The position numbers and the translations under genes are program-made. Of a stretch of DNA of 64,000 bases, positions 34,154 through 43,192 are shown one piece after another (positions within the stretch are counted from its first letter, which is position 1; each line of letters opens with the position of its first letter). A model generated the notes under the pieces. It was given only the letters and a program-made list of their open reading frames with translations, was not told where the DNA came from and did no database searches. Source of the DNA: Candidatus Kaiserbacteria bacterium (GTDB taxonomy: Bacteria; Patescibacteriota; Minisyncoccia; Phycocordibacterales; UBA2100). The stretch is from positions 130,430-194,429 of the forward strand of contig CAVYCR010000001.1 in assembly GCA_963767115.1 (NCBI GenBank), written 5' to 3'.

Positions 34154-35909
34154 ATGTACATTTCTGACACGCATCTCAAATCCTTTCTCGCTGACGCGGG
34201 TCTTGTCTCCGCAAAAGACTTCGACGCCGCAGAAAAAGAAGCGAAAGACGGCGGCAAGACAGTCGGCGATGTCTTGACCGCCAAGAACGTGATCGGCGAA
34301 GACGAACTGCGCCGCACGTACGCATACATCCTCGGCATCCCGTTCGTCTCGCTCTCTGGCACGATGATCAAATACGACACGCTCTCGCTGATCCCCGAGC
34401 CGGTCGCGCGTCGCAACAACATCATCGCCTATAGCAAGAAGGCCGACGAGCTCGAAGTAGCGATGCTCGACACCGACGACCTCGCCGCGATCGACTTCAT
34501 CAAGAAGAAGACGCGGCTCAAGGTGCTCCCGAGGCTCACCGACGCCGCCTCGATCAAGACGGCGCTCAAGCTCTACCAGCAGGGACTCAAGGACAACCTT
34601 GGCGACGTGATCGAGCGTGAGACGGCAGCGCTCGCGCAGTCTGCCGCCGCTGCGGGCTCCGGCGAGGCAAAGGAAGAGGAGCTCAAGCTCGCCGAGGGCG
34701 TGCCCGCGGTGCGTATCGTCGACACGTTGCTGCGCCACGCCAACGCGCAGGGCGCCTCCGACATCCACATCGAGCCATTGGAGGGCTCACTCCTCATCCG
34801 GTATCGCATCGACGGCATCCTGCATGACGCGATGGAGCTGCCCAAGCACGCCGCCGCTGCTGATGACTGCGCGCATCAAGGTACTCGCGAGCATGAAGCT
34901 CGACGAGAAGCGTCTTCCCGCAAGATGGCCGCTTCACCGCCGAGGGTGACGGAGAGAAAGTCTCTTTCCGCGTCTCGATCTTGCCGACGTACTTCGGAGA
35001 GAAGATCGTCATGCGCTTGCTGCGCGACAACGTCTCGGGCTTCACGCTCGAGTCGGTCGGCTTCCATGGCACTCGCGCTCGAGCGCATGCATGAAGCGGT
35101 GCAAGAAAACGACCGGCCTGATACTCACCACGGGCCCCACCGGCGCGGGCAAATCGACGACACTCTACACGCTCCTCGACATCGTCAACACGCCGAACGT
35201 GAACATCTCCACCATCGAAGACCCGATCGAATACCAAATGGCGCGCGTCAACCAGACGCAGGTGCGCCCCGAGATCGGCTTCACCTTCGCACAAGGCTTG
35301 CGCGCGCTCGTACGCCAAGACCCAGACATCGTCATGGTCGGCGAGATCCGCGACAAAGAGACGGCAAGCCTCGCGGTCAACGCCGCACTCACCGGGCACT
35401 TGGTGCTCTCTACTCTTCACACCAACTCTGCGGCGGGTGCTGTGGCGCGCTTGCTCGACATGGGTATCGAGCCCTTCTTGCTCGTCTCGACCTTGCGGAT
35501 CATCATCGGCCAGCGCCTCGTGCGCAAGCTTGATGCCACCAAGGAGAAATACGAACTCTCGCGCGACGAGCAGGGGAGCTTGGAGCGCGTAGTCGATCAA
35601 GGTGTCGTCTTGAAAGCGCTCAAGGATGAGAAGATCGTGCCCGCAACCGCCACTTGGAAAAACGTGCCGTTCTTTCACCCTAAGGTAAGCGAAGAACACC
35701 CGTCGGGATACACCGGCCGCGTCGGCATCTACGAAGTATTACCCGTCACCTCGACCATCAAGGAACTGATCATGAGTAACGGCACCGGCGATATGATCGA
35801 GGCGCAAGCGCGCAAGGAAGGTATGCTCTCCATGAGCGAAGACGGAATCTTCAAAGCCGCTCAAGGTGTCACTACTATTGAGGAAGTGCTGCGTGTAATC
35901 ACGGAATAG
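34154..35909 (+). CDS. pilB: Type IV pilus assembly ATPase PilB (GspE family); reading frame broken four times (+1 each) as sequenced
   Basis: N-terminal T2SSE_N-like domain to [21 protein letters not shown] | [20 protein letters not shown] | [50 protein letters not shown] | [10 protein letters not shown] | [23 protein letters not shown] (Walker A) ...[12 protein letters not shown]...LVLSTLHTN. Junctions lie near 34856-34863, 34916-34922, 35066-35072 and 35098-35104. The span is 1756 nt, i.e. 3n+1. Confidence 0.85.
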
Positions 35910-36462
35910 TATAGTAAATCAGTCAATATTCGGAGGTGACGCATCTGAAATTCGGCAACATAAGCATATCGACTCATGTCCGGAGAAACTGTTGCTCGAC
36001 GCAAATCGTGACTTTTATAAGTGCCCATTGTAGTCTTGTAATCGGACTACTTATAGAAACCCGTTCAGGCGAACGGGTAATCTGAGCTCGGAGGTACCAG
36101 TGATGAGAGAATTGCCGGACGGCACGACGATCACCCTTGAAATGGTTCGAAGGAATCTCAAGGTAAATCCTCCGGGGTAAAGTGTCTTGCATATGGAGAT
36201 CGGAGACGCGTACAACGCACCCTTCTTCATCGCGTACCTGCTCGAACGTCTTGAGGATGCGCAGCGGCCTTGGTGGCGAAAAGCATTAGCGCGAGTCGGG
36301 CGATGGTATCGCTCTCACTCAGCGGCAGCAACAAATGCTGAGCGAGGAAAACAACACAGATCGGTAACAGTGATTGATTCGGCAGATGAGCGGGACGCTT
36401 GCACTCTCGCGGCAAGATAGCTTACGAAAGTCACCAGTAGGCCATGTTGACCGAAGTACATC

Positions 36463-36493
36463 ACGCGCGTCCGAAAGACGCGCGTTTTGATTT
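36463..36493 (+). terminator. Strong intrinsic terminator
   Basis: acgcgcgtc-cgaaa-gacgcgcgt (9-bp GC-rich stem) followed by TTTTGATTT. Confidence 0.8.
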
Positions 36494-36541
36494 GAGAGAA
36501 ACTGTTTCCCTCGTACTAAAGGGATAATTGGAACCAAAAGA

Positions 36542-36574
36542 AAAGGCCAGAGCGTTTTTAGCGCTCTGGCCTTT
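36542..36574. terminator. Bidirectional intrinsic terminator
   Basis: aaaaggccagagcg-tttttag-cgctctggccttt: a 10-bp stem flanked by A- and T-runs, downstream of the minus-strand gene ending at 36604. Confidence 0.75.
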
Positions 36575-36603
36575 CTGGTTAGGAACAATTCGATGCTGAA
36601 ACT

Positions 36604-37197
36604 TTATACCCCAGAGACTTGGTGAATTTGCGCCAAGCGCCCTTGAGCTTCTTTCAGTTGCTGCTCGAGATCATTCGCGACTTGCTCAAAGTGGCGGCAG
36701 CGAGCAGCAAGTTTGATTTCGCGTCGAGCCGCCGAAGAAATCTTGATGAGTTGCTCGTGCGTAATTATTCCCGCAACGAACTTCAAGATGCTCGATGCGT
36801 CAGCGACGCGCACATTCGGCGACGCACTCTTCGACGAGGTGAATCGGACGTCCAGCGATGTTGCCTCGATTCTGTCGCCATAGACGACGAAGTCTTTATC
36901 CGCGCCGACTGCCTTATCAGGGTCTTCGGGATCTTCCACTGCGATCAGCTTATCGCCATCACGGATGACATGGATCACCTTAAGATCCCTCATATGTGTG
37001 GTCCTCGCCATGAGGACTATGATGTGCGCCTTCTCATTTTCCGGTGGGAGAATGCGGAAGGTGCGAGCCAGTGAGGTCGCTCCGACCCGCAGTGTTACGG
37101 GGCATGTTGCTCCGAGCAGCTCGACTTCGTCATAGAGGCCAAGTGATGCAGTGATAACATTGCTCTTGGCCTTGTAGGTAAGTTTCCAAGAAGACAT
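36604..37197 (-). CDS. Hypothetical protein (197 aa) with C-terminal coiled coil
   Basis: The internal ATG at 37197 (MSSWKLTYKAK...) has GGAG about 10 nt upstream. The ORF track extends to 37278. No family recognised. Confidence 0.45.
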   Translation of the reverse strand: MSSWKLTYKAKSNVITASLGLYDEVELLGATCPVTLRVGATSLARTFRILPPENEKAHIIVLMARTTHMRDLKVIHVIRDGDKLIAVEDPEDPDKAVGADKDFVVYGDRIEATSLDVRFTSSKSASPNVRVADASSILKFVAGIITHEQLIKISSAARREIKLAARCRHFEQVANDLEQQLKEAQGRLAQIHQVSGV

Positions 37198-37569
37198 CGT
37201 CTTTTTCTCCGTATGGAAGAGCATCACCCTTCCTGCGCTACTGGACCTGCCGTAACGCCTTGCAGGGACATCGTCCATAAGTATATTACATCGTTATATA
37301 ATTTTGTCAAATTATCATTATCCGATCTATTTCTCTCCCGAATTGTAACCAACCATTCAATTCAAAAACCAACTTGTTCCAGTTTTGTCCCACTTGGGTC
37401 ACAAAAGCGCGAGTGTGAAAAGACTGAACTGCTTCAGTCTTTTCCGCTTTTGTGAAGACGGAGCGATGTGAGCTCAGCAGAGCGAGCCGCGAGTCCGGGG
37501 CTGGAAAATTTTCGAGTGTCGACGAGAAAATTATTGTGGCTCACGTAGCTCTTCTGATAAGATTTGGTG

Positions 37570-38073
37570 ATGCAAAGACTGATAATTATCCGGGGATATC
37601 CGGGTTCAGGTAAGACAACTGCCGGCAAGCTCTTAGAGCAGAATGGCTGCGGGACTTTTATCGATCACAATGCGATTCTGAATTTTATTGCAGGAATTAT
37701 TGGTGATGATGAAGATATCCAGAAAGAAATACACGATTTGGAAAAAGCGATGGTTCGTAAGCTTTTACTTGATAAAAGATCAGTGATCGTCGCGAGAGGT
37801 TTTAGTAGCGAACGCAGAATTAACGAATACGTTGATATTGCGAAACATCTCAACGTTGAGGCACTCGTCTTCAGACTTTCAGTTCCCATGAATCTGCTAG
37901 AGAAAAGAGTAGAAAATGATGAACGAAAGTCTGACTTTAATCCGACGACGAGGCCCGATGCGTTGCATAAGTGGGTTAGCTCAAATCCTCTTGAGGAATA
38001 CCCAGGAGAGATTGTGATCGACGCACAAAACAGTGCTCAGGAGGTCTTTTCAGCGATAAGAGCATATCTTTGA
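37570..38073 (+). CDS. P-loop NTPase / AAA-family kinase-like protein
   Basis: The Walker A motif IIIRGYPGSGKTTAGK lies near the N-terminus. At ~167 aa it resembles small nucleotide or zeta-like kinases. Confidence 0.65.
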   Translation: MQRLIIIRGYPGSGKTTAGKLLEQNGCGTFIDHNAILNFIAGIIGDDEDIQKEIHDLEKAMVRKLLLDKRSVIVARGFSSERRINEYVDIAKHLNVEALVFRLSVPMNLLEKRVENDERKSDFNPTTRPDALHKWVSSNPLEEYPGEIVIDAQNSAQEVFSAIRAYL

Positions 38074-38082
38074 GACTGACAT

Positions 38083-38230
38083 ATGCAAATAAAAAGCGTC
38101 GGAATAATAGGCTTTGGCGACTTCGGCCAGTTTCTTTTTACGCTTGCTAGAGAGCGCTTTCCAGACTTGCAGGTCAAAGTCTTTTCTTCGCGCAAAAATC
38201 CAGATAACAAAGATTTCTTTTCGTTTGTGC
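38083..38230 (+). pseudogene. Possible remnant of an NAD(P)-binding (Rossmann, prephenate-dehydrogenase-like) gene
   Basis: MQIKSVGIIGFGDFGQFLFTLARERFPDLQVKVFSS has a GxGxxG dinucleotide-binding start. Beyond ~50 aa the ORF turns into low-complexity sequence antisense to the 38276..38596 gene. Confidence 0.3.
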
Positions 38231-38275
38231 CACCTGAGAGAAACAGTTTCTCTCATGCTCAAAAAGTAAGCCGCA

Positions 38276-38596
38276 TCAGTCATGATGCGGCTTATCGAAT
38301 CCGGCTTCGTGGTCTGCGCGGACGTGGTTTCTGGTCATCGTATTATTCCAGACACTATGTAGCTCAATATAGGCGAATACCCAACCCATCCATCGCGCGG
38401 CCTTAAGAGCTTCATCGATGGATGTGGTGTCCATTCGCCCGACCTCGTCGCACATCCAGAGGAGATACGGAAGCGGAGCAAGCTGTCCCTCTATAATCTC
38501 TGAGCATGCGGCCTGCGTACCGGGGTAGTGCTCCTCTATCGCAGCCCGGAGCGCTGTGATGGTTCCTCGATAGAACATAGTACCTCTCATCTCCAT
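38276..38596 (-). CDS. Hypothetical protein (106 aa)
   Basis: The ORF has plausible composition (EALKAARWMGWVFAYIELH). No RBS seen and no confident family. Confidence 0.4.
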   Translation of the reverse strand: MEMRGTMFYRGTITALRAAIEEHYPGTQAACSEIIEGQLAPLPYLLWMCDEVGRMDTTSIDEALKAARWMGWVFAYIELHSVWNNTMTRNHVRADHEAGFDKPHHD

Positions 38597-38694
38597 AGAA
38601 GACTAGGCAAAACCTACCATATATAAGAACCGTTTCTCTCATGTTCTGTGCTTTTTCTGCCAAAATATGCTAACGTGCCGGCGGTCACGACCAG

Positions 38695-38931
38695 TTGGCC
38701 AAAACAAGAAGGTTGGTTCTAATGACAAGAGAAAACGAAGTCAAATCCACGGTCAGAGACTCTTTTCTATCCCACTGCGTCGAAAATCGTACTCACTTGA
38801 CGCTATTCCTTATGAACGGGGTCAAGCTGCAAGGGTGTATCACCGAATTTGATGGCGTTGGCGTCCTGCTTGAGCGTGACCGTAAGAAGCAGTTCGTCCA
38901 CTATGGGGCGATATCATCTTTCTTTCCGTGA
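38695..38931 (+). CDS. hfq: Hfq-like (Sm-fold) RNA-binding protein
   Basis: VRDSFLSHCVENRTHLTLFLMNGVKLQGCITEFDGVGVLLERDRKKQFVHYGAISSFFP parallels the Hfq Sm1/Sm2 pattern (QD.FLN..R......V.I.L.NG..L.G.I..FD.F..LL.....Q.VYKHAIST..P). The start may be the ATG at 38722. Confidence 0.65.
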   Translation: MAKTRRLVLMTRENEVKSTVRDSFLSHCVENRTHLTLFLMNGVKLQGCITEFDGVGVLLERDRKKQFVHYGAISSFFP

Positions 38932-39074
38932 CCGTCGGCTGATTCAGCGCAACAAGAAAAGCCCGCGTTTTCGGAAGGAATGCGGGCGTATTTTCTTGTT
39001 TATGCACTCCGGTTGTTGCGCGGACAAGGTGAGGTGTGTAATAGTGTCTGAAGCCGGCAAAAAGGAGGCCGCTC

Positions 39075-39278
39075 ATGTTACGGAGACGCAATGATTCGAG
39101 GTACGAAGTACCACCGTCGGTCATCATCGAAGCGACTAAACGTTCAAGATGGGAAGACGGATTTCTCGACGGTAAAAACGGGAGGGAATCTGCTAGCGAC
39201 GACGCGAGTTATATGAATGGTTTTTGGGCAGGAAAACTGAAGAGGGCGATCGAATCTCCAATGGTTGTTCACATGTAG
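39075..39278 (+). CDS. Hypothetical small protein (67 aa)
   Basis: AAGGAGG lies 7 nt upstream of the ATG. No family recognised. Confidence 0.45.
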   Translation: MLRRRNDSRYEVPPSVIIEATKRSRWEDGFLDGKNGRESASDDASYMNGFWAGKLKRAIESPMVVHM

Positions 39279-39378
39279 AGTATATTCGACCCTGCATTAG
39301 GAGAAAATTTTTGTACAACGCATCGCGTATCGGCGCGCTCGGGATCGAGCGCGCTTTTTTCATATATAATTAATCGCG

Positions 39379-40599
39379 ATGGCGCACTTTTCTTACACGG
39401 CACAGAAGACCGACGGCGAGACGTACCAGGGCGTCGCCGAGGCTCCCGATCGTTTCCAGCTCTACGAGATCATCCGGCGCGAAGGCGGCAAGGTGATCTC
39501 GGTCGACGAGCAAAAGCATACCGGCGTGTGGAGCGCCGACTATTGGAACCAGAAGATGACGCGCGTGAAGGAGTACGAGAAGATACTCTTCGCGAGAAAC
39601 TTGGGCGCCATGCTCTCCGCCGGTCTCGCGCTCTCCCGCGCGCTCTCGGTCATGGAGCGCCAGACCAAGAACATCAAGCTCAAGGCGATCATCGCGGACA
39701 TTGGCAGCGAAGTGCGCCGGGGCAATCCGCTCCACGCGGGGCTCGAGAAGTTTCCGAAGGTATTCCCGAAGCTCTTCGTCGCGATGGTGCGCGCGGGCCA
39801 GGAGGGCGGCGACCTGCCCGCTTCGCTCACGCTGGTAGGCGACCAGATGGAGCGCATGTACGACCTCAAGAAGAAAGTGAAAGGCGCCCTGATCTACCCT
39901 TCGATAATCGTGGTCGCGATCGTTGGCATCGGTATCGTAATGATGATCGTGGTCGTGCCGACTCTCGCAGCTACCTTTGAACAGAGTCATGAGACATTAC
40001 CGGCCTCGACGCAGTTTGTCATCAACGTAAGCAACTTCCTCGTGCATTACACCGTGCTTGCGATAGGTGGCATGATCGGGTCCGTGGTGCTTGTGTATCT
40101 TGCTAGCAAGACTAAGGTGGGGGGTCGCGCTTTTGAGTTTCTCTTTTTGCATACACCGGTTGTCGGCAATCTCATGCGCGAGGTGAACGCAGCTCGTACC
40201 GCGCGCACGCTCGGCTCGCTGCTTGCCTCCGGCGTCGACGTGCTTACCTCACTCACGATCGTGCACGAGGTCTTGCAAAATTCGTATTTCAAGCAAGTGA
40301 TCGACGAAGCGCAGGCCGCGGTACGCGCCGGCGAGCAGCTCTCGACGGTCTTCGAGAAGCGCGTCGATCTCTACCCGCCCTTTGTAGGAGAGATGATCGC
40401 GGTGGGCGAGGAGACCGGCGCCACGACCGAGATGCTCAAGCGCATCGCCGTGTACTACGAAGACAATGTCGACCGTTCCACCAAAGACATGTCGACGATC
40501 ATCGAACCCTTCCTCATGATCATCATCGGGTGCGCTGTCGGCTTCTTTGCGGTCTCTATGATCACGCCGATCTATCAGCTCTCGTCTAATATAAATTAA
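39379..40599 (+). CDS. pilC: Type IV pilus / type II secretion platform protein (PilC/GspF family)
   Basis: 406 aa with two T2SSF repeats (ILFARNLGAMLSAGLALSRAL...; LGSLLASGVDVLTSLTIV...) and three TM segments. It ends IIGCAVGFFAVSMITPIYQL. Confidence 0.9.
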   Translation: MAHFSYTAQKTDGETYQGVAEAPDRFQLYEIIRREGGKVISVDEQKHTGVWSADYWNQKMTRVKEYEKILFARNLGAMLSAGLALSRALSVMERQTKNIKLKAIIADIGSEVRRGNPLHAGLEKFPKVFPKLFVAMVRAGQEGGDLPASLTLVGDQMERMYDLKKKVKGALIYPSIIVVAIVGIGIVMMIVVVPTLAATFEQSHETLPASTQFVINVSNFLVHYTVLAIGGMIGSVVLVYLASKTKVGGRAFEFLFLHTPVVGNLMREVNAARTARTLGSLLASGVDVLTSLTIVHEVLQNSYFKQVIDEAQAAVRAGEQLSTVFEKRVDLYPPFVGEMIAVGEETGATTEMLKRIAVYYEDNVDRSTKDMSTIIEPFLMIIIGCAVGFFAVSMITPIYQLSSNIN

Positions 40600-40638
40600 C
40601 GAGCTTCTCGGGACTAGTCGCTAGCTTCTAGTGAAATC

Positions 40639-42372
40639 ATGAAAAAACAGCTTTCAACTGTCCCACGCGGCCTCACGCTCATCGATACGATGGTCGGCAT
40701 CGCGCTTATGGTGCTGGTCTTCGTCGGGATCTACGGCACCTTCCAGCTGACTGTCGATGTAGTGACCAACGAAAAGGCACAAGCCGGTGCGCTCGGGCTT
40801 GCCGATGAGCGGATGGAATACCTGCGCTCGCTCGGCTACAGCGCTGTCGGCACGGTAGGCGGTGTGCCCTCGGGGAATCTCCCGCAGACGGAGAGTCTCT
40901 CGCTCAACGGGATTAGTTACACGCGACGTACCTATATCGAATACGACGATGATCCGGCAGATGGTCTGGGTAGTAGCGATACCAACGGCATCATCGAAGA
41001 TTACAAATCCGCCAAGGTAGAAGTGCTCTGGAGCTTGAAGGGGATCACGCACAGCGTCGTGCTTGTCGCACGCTTCTCTCCGACGACTGGTATGGAATCA
41101 GCGGTGCCCGGCGGCACGCTCATAATCAATGCAGTCAATTCTGTCGGAGCGCCGATCTCCGGCGCGTCTGTAGCAATCGTGGCAACCTCTGCCTCGCCCA
41201 CGGTCAACATAAATACCTTCACCAATGCGAGCGGCACCGCGACCGTACTCGGCGCGCCCGCGTACTCGGGCTATCAGGTCACGGTGACTGCTTCCGGCTA
41301 TTCGACCGCAAGCACCTACAGCGTGACGAGCCAAAACACCAACCCCAATCCCGGCAATCTTTCGGTCACCAAGAACCATACGACATCCGCAACTTTCGCG
41401 ATCGATCTCCTCGGCACCAAGACCGTTAACACTTGGACACAGGTACTCAGTGGCACATCGACCGACCCCTTCAACAACACAAGCGAGATAGCAACATCAA
41501 CCGGCATTTCTGTGACTGGTGGCGCGGCACAACTTGCCGTAGGCTCGACTACTGGCGAAGTACAATCGGTCGCGTTTAGTCCTTCATATCTTGCCGATTG
41601 GGGGACCTTCACCTGGAGCGATACTCAGCCTGCGAGCACCTCGATCCGCTATCGACTCTACAGCGGCGACGGCACGACCCTCGTTCCTGATTCATATGTG
41701 CCAGGAAATGCCGCGGGTTTTGTGAGCGGCAGCGTGAGTCTTTCCGGTGTTCCAACCAGCACCTATCCTTCACTGCGCCTTGATGCGGTCTTCTCTTCGG
41801 CAAGTACTACGACGACACCATCGCTCACGCTCTGGAGTATCACCGACTCGTACGGCCCTGTGCCGCTTCCCAACATCGCCTTCAATCTCCAAGGCGGCAA
41901 GACAATCGGCAGCGGCCCCGGCGGTACGCTTTACAAATACAGTCAGAACTTCAGCACCGCGGGCAACGGGAGCATCACCATCCCAGGTCTTGAGTGGGAC
42001 AATTACACGGTCACGATCAGCGGCTCAAGCGGCTACGATGTGGCTTCAGCTTGCAACCCGCAGCCCGAGAGTCTTTCGCCGGGATCTACCATGACCAGCA
42101 ACTTCTATCTCGCGGCGCATACGGGGAACTCGCTTCTAGTAGACGTGCGCGGTGCGACAAGTGGCGCCCTGATCCCGAACGCCTCGGTACAGCTCTCGAT
42201 CGCGGGCTACAATAAGACGATACCGACTGATAACTGCGGACAGGCGTTCTTCTCGGGTGTCTCCGCATCAAGTAATTATTCGATCAGTGTGTCTGCGCCA
42301 GGATATTCGACATACAATGGAAGTGCGGTGAGCGTGAACGGCACTTCGAGACTCTCAGTGTCGTTGAATTAA
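40639..42372 (+). CDS. Large pseudopilin-like protein (prepilin-type N-terminus, Ig/CarboxypepD_reg-like repeats)
   Basis: MKKQLSTVPRG|LTLIDTMVGIALMVLVFVGIYG is a pilin-like leader and helix. The remainder is rich in T/S/G beta-type repeats (GAPISGASVAIVATS..., GALIPNASVQLSIAG...). Confidence 0.7.
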   Translation: MKKQLSTVPRGLTLIDTMVGIALMVLVFVGIYGTFQLTVDVVTNEKAQAGALGLADERMEYLRSLGYSAVGTVGGVPSGNLPQTESLSLNGISYTRRTYIEYDDDPADGLGSSDTNGIIEDYKSAKVEVLWSLKGITHSVVLVARFSPTTGMESAVPGGTLIINAVNSVGAPISGASVAIVATSASPTVNINTFTNASGTATVLGAPAYSGYQVTVTASGYSTASTYSVTSQNTNPNPGNLSVTKNHTTSATFAIDLLGTKTVNTWTQVLSGTSTDPFNNTSEIATSTGISVTGGAAQLAVGSTTGEVQSVAFSPSYLADWGTFTWSDTQPASTSIRYRLYSGDGTTLVPDSYVPGNAAGFVSGSVSLSGVPTSTYPSLRLDAVFSSASTTTTPSLTLWSITDSYGPVPLPNIAFNLQGGKTIGSGPGGTLYKYSQNFSTAGNGSITIPGLEWDNYTVTISGSSGYDVASACNPQPESLSPGSTMTSNFYLAAHTGNSLLVDVRGATSGALIPNASVQLSIAGYNKTIPTDNCGQAFFSGVSASSNYSISVSAPGYSTYNGSAVSVNGTSRLSVSLN

Positions 42373-42373
42373 T

Positions 42374-42459
42374 ATGAGAAAACAGCTTTTAGCTTCTAGC
42401 TCACAGCTTCTAGGAAAAATACGTCGGCGTTCTTTGTATTTTCTAGAAGCTAGAAGCTC
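42374..42459 (+). repeat. 86-nt 5' module, copy 1 (hairpin built from GCTTCTAG / CTAGAAGC units)
   Basis: It differs from 43066-43151 at one position by manual alignment. It contains 2x gcttctag, aaaatac-loop-gtatttt, then 2x ctagaagc, giving a ~23-bp imperfect hairpin at 42391-42458. Confidence 0.85.
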
Positions 42460-43069
42460 TTCACTAGAAGCTCGTTCTCGGGGCATGACCCTCATCGAAA
42501 CGGTAGTGTGGATCGCGGTGCTTTCCTTCGCCATGCTCGCGCTCACTACCTCGCTTCTGTATTTCTACCGGACCGATCGGTACGAAATACAGGAAGAGTA
42601 CGCCGTCTCGACGGCACAGCATGCGATGGATGCGATGGTCCGCGCGCTGCGCACGGCCGCGTTTTCCAACAACGGCGCGTATCCCATCCTGTCGATCGCG
42701 CCCGACCAGATCTCTTTTTATGCGAGTGTGTTGCCCAACGATCCTCTGATACAACAGGTGCGCTTCTTCGTCTCCGGCAACTCTATCGAAGAAGGTATCA
42801 TCGAGCCGCAAGGAGACCCGCTCACCTACGCCTCGTCGTCGGAGAGCATTACTGACCTCGGCAATTACGTCCTCAATGCGACACTCGCGACATCGACGTT
42901 CTACTATTACGATCAAAACGGCAATCAAATAACCGACGATTCGCAGTCTGACCAAGTACGCTTCGTAGTGGTGAACCTCGTTGTCGATGTCTCTACCTCG
43001 TCCTTGCCGTCGCAGCTCACGCTCGTTTCTTCCGCGGCGCTGCGCAACTTGCTCAATCTCAATATATGA
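42374..43069 (+). CDS. Pseudopilin-like protein with unusually long 37-aa leader
   Basis: ...EARSRG|MTLIETVVWIAVLSFAMLAL has G at -1 and E at +5. The ATG lies 1 nt after the previous stop. The first 86 nt are duplicated at 43066. Confidence 0.7.
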   Translation: MRKQLLASSSQLLGKIRRRSLYFLEARSSSLEARSRGMTLIETVVWIAVLSFAMLALTTSLLYFYRTDRYEIQEEYAVSTAQHAMDAMVRALRTAAFSNNGAYPILSIAPDQISFYASVLPNDPLIQQVRFFVSGNSIEEGIIEPQGDPLTYASSSESITDLGNYVLNATLATSTFYYYDQNGNQITDDSQSDQVRFVVVNLVVDVSTSSLPSQLTLVSSAALRNLLNLNI

Positions 43070-43151
43070 GAAAACAGCTTTTAGCTTCTAGCTCGCAGCT
43101 TCTAGGAAAAATACGTCGGCGTTCTTTGTATTTTCTAGAAGCTAGAAACTA
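43066..43151 (+). repeat. 86-nt 5' module, copy 2
   Basis: See 42374-42459. The ATG overlaps the previous stop (ATGA). Confidence 0.85.
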
Positions 43152-43192
43152 CTTCAGCTACCGAAGCTCGTTCCCGGGGTGTCACGACACTC

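Noticed and set aside
33733-34425. Full 230-aa ORF antisense to the start of pilB.
   Set aside because: Only the last 120 codons have an RBS (AAAGGAG) and lie outside pilB. The upstream part is antisense to pilB coding sequence.
21088-35909. Alternative genetic code (e.g. UGA recoding) or classical programmed frameshifting as an explanation for the broken genes.
   Set aside because: Intact genes terminate normally at TGA, TAA and TAG, and the breaks are frame changes, not in-frame stops. No prfB-like CUU-UGA with an upstream SD, and no X-XXY-YYZ slippery heptamer with a downstream structure, is visible at the junctions. The cause stays open between assembly error and an unknown mechanism.
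36080-36170. Riboswitch-like look (ctgag...acccttgaaa...) reminiscent of a TPP element; RNase P, tmRNA and SRP RNA were also considered for 35950-36500.
   Set aside because: The conserved cores I know for these RNAs are not present: the TPP CUGAGA...ACCUGAUCUGGAUAAUGCCAGCG, the RNase P GAGGAAAGUCC, the tmRNA tRNA-like ends and the SRP GGAA loop.
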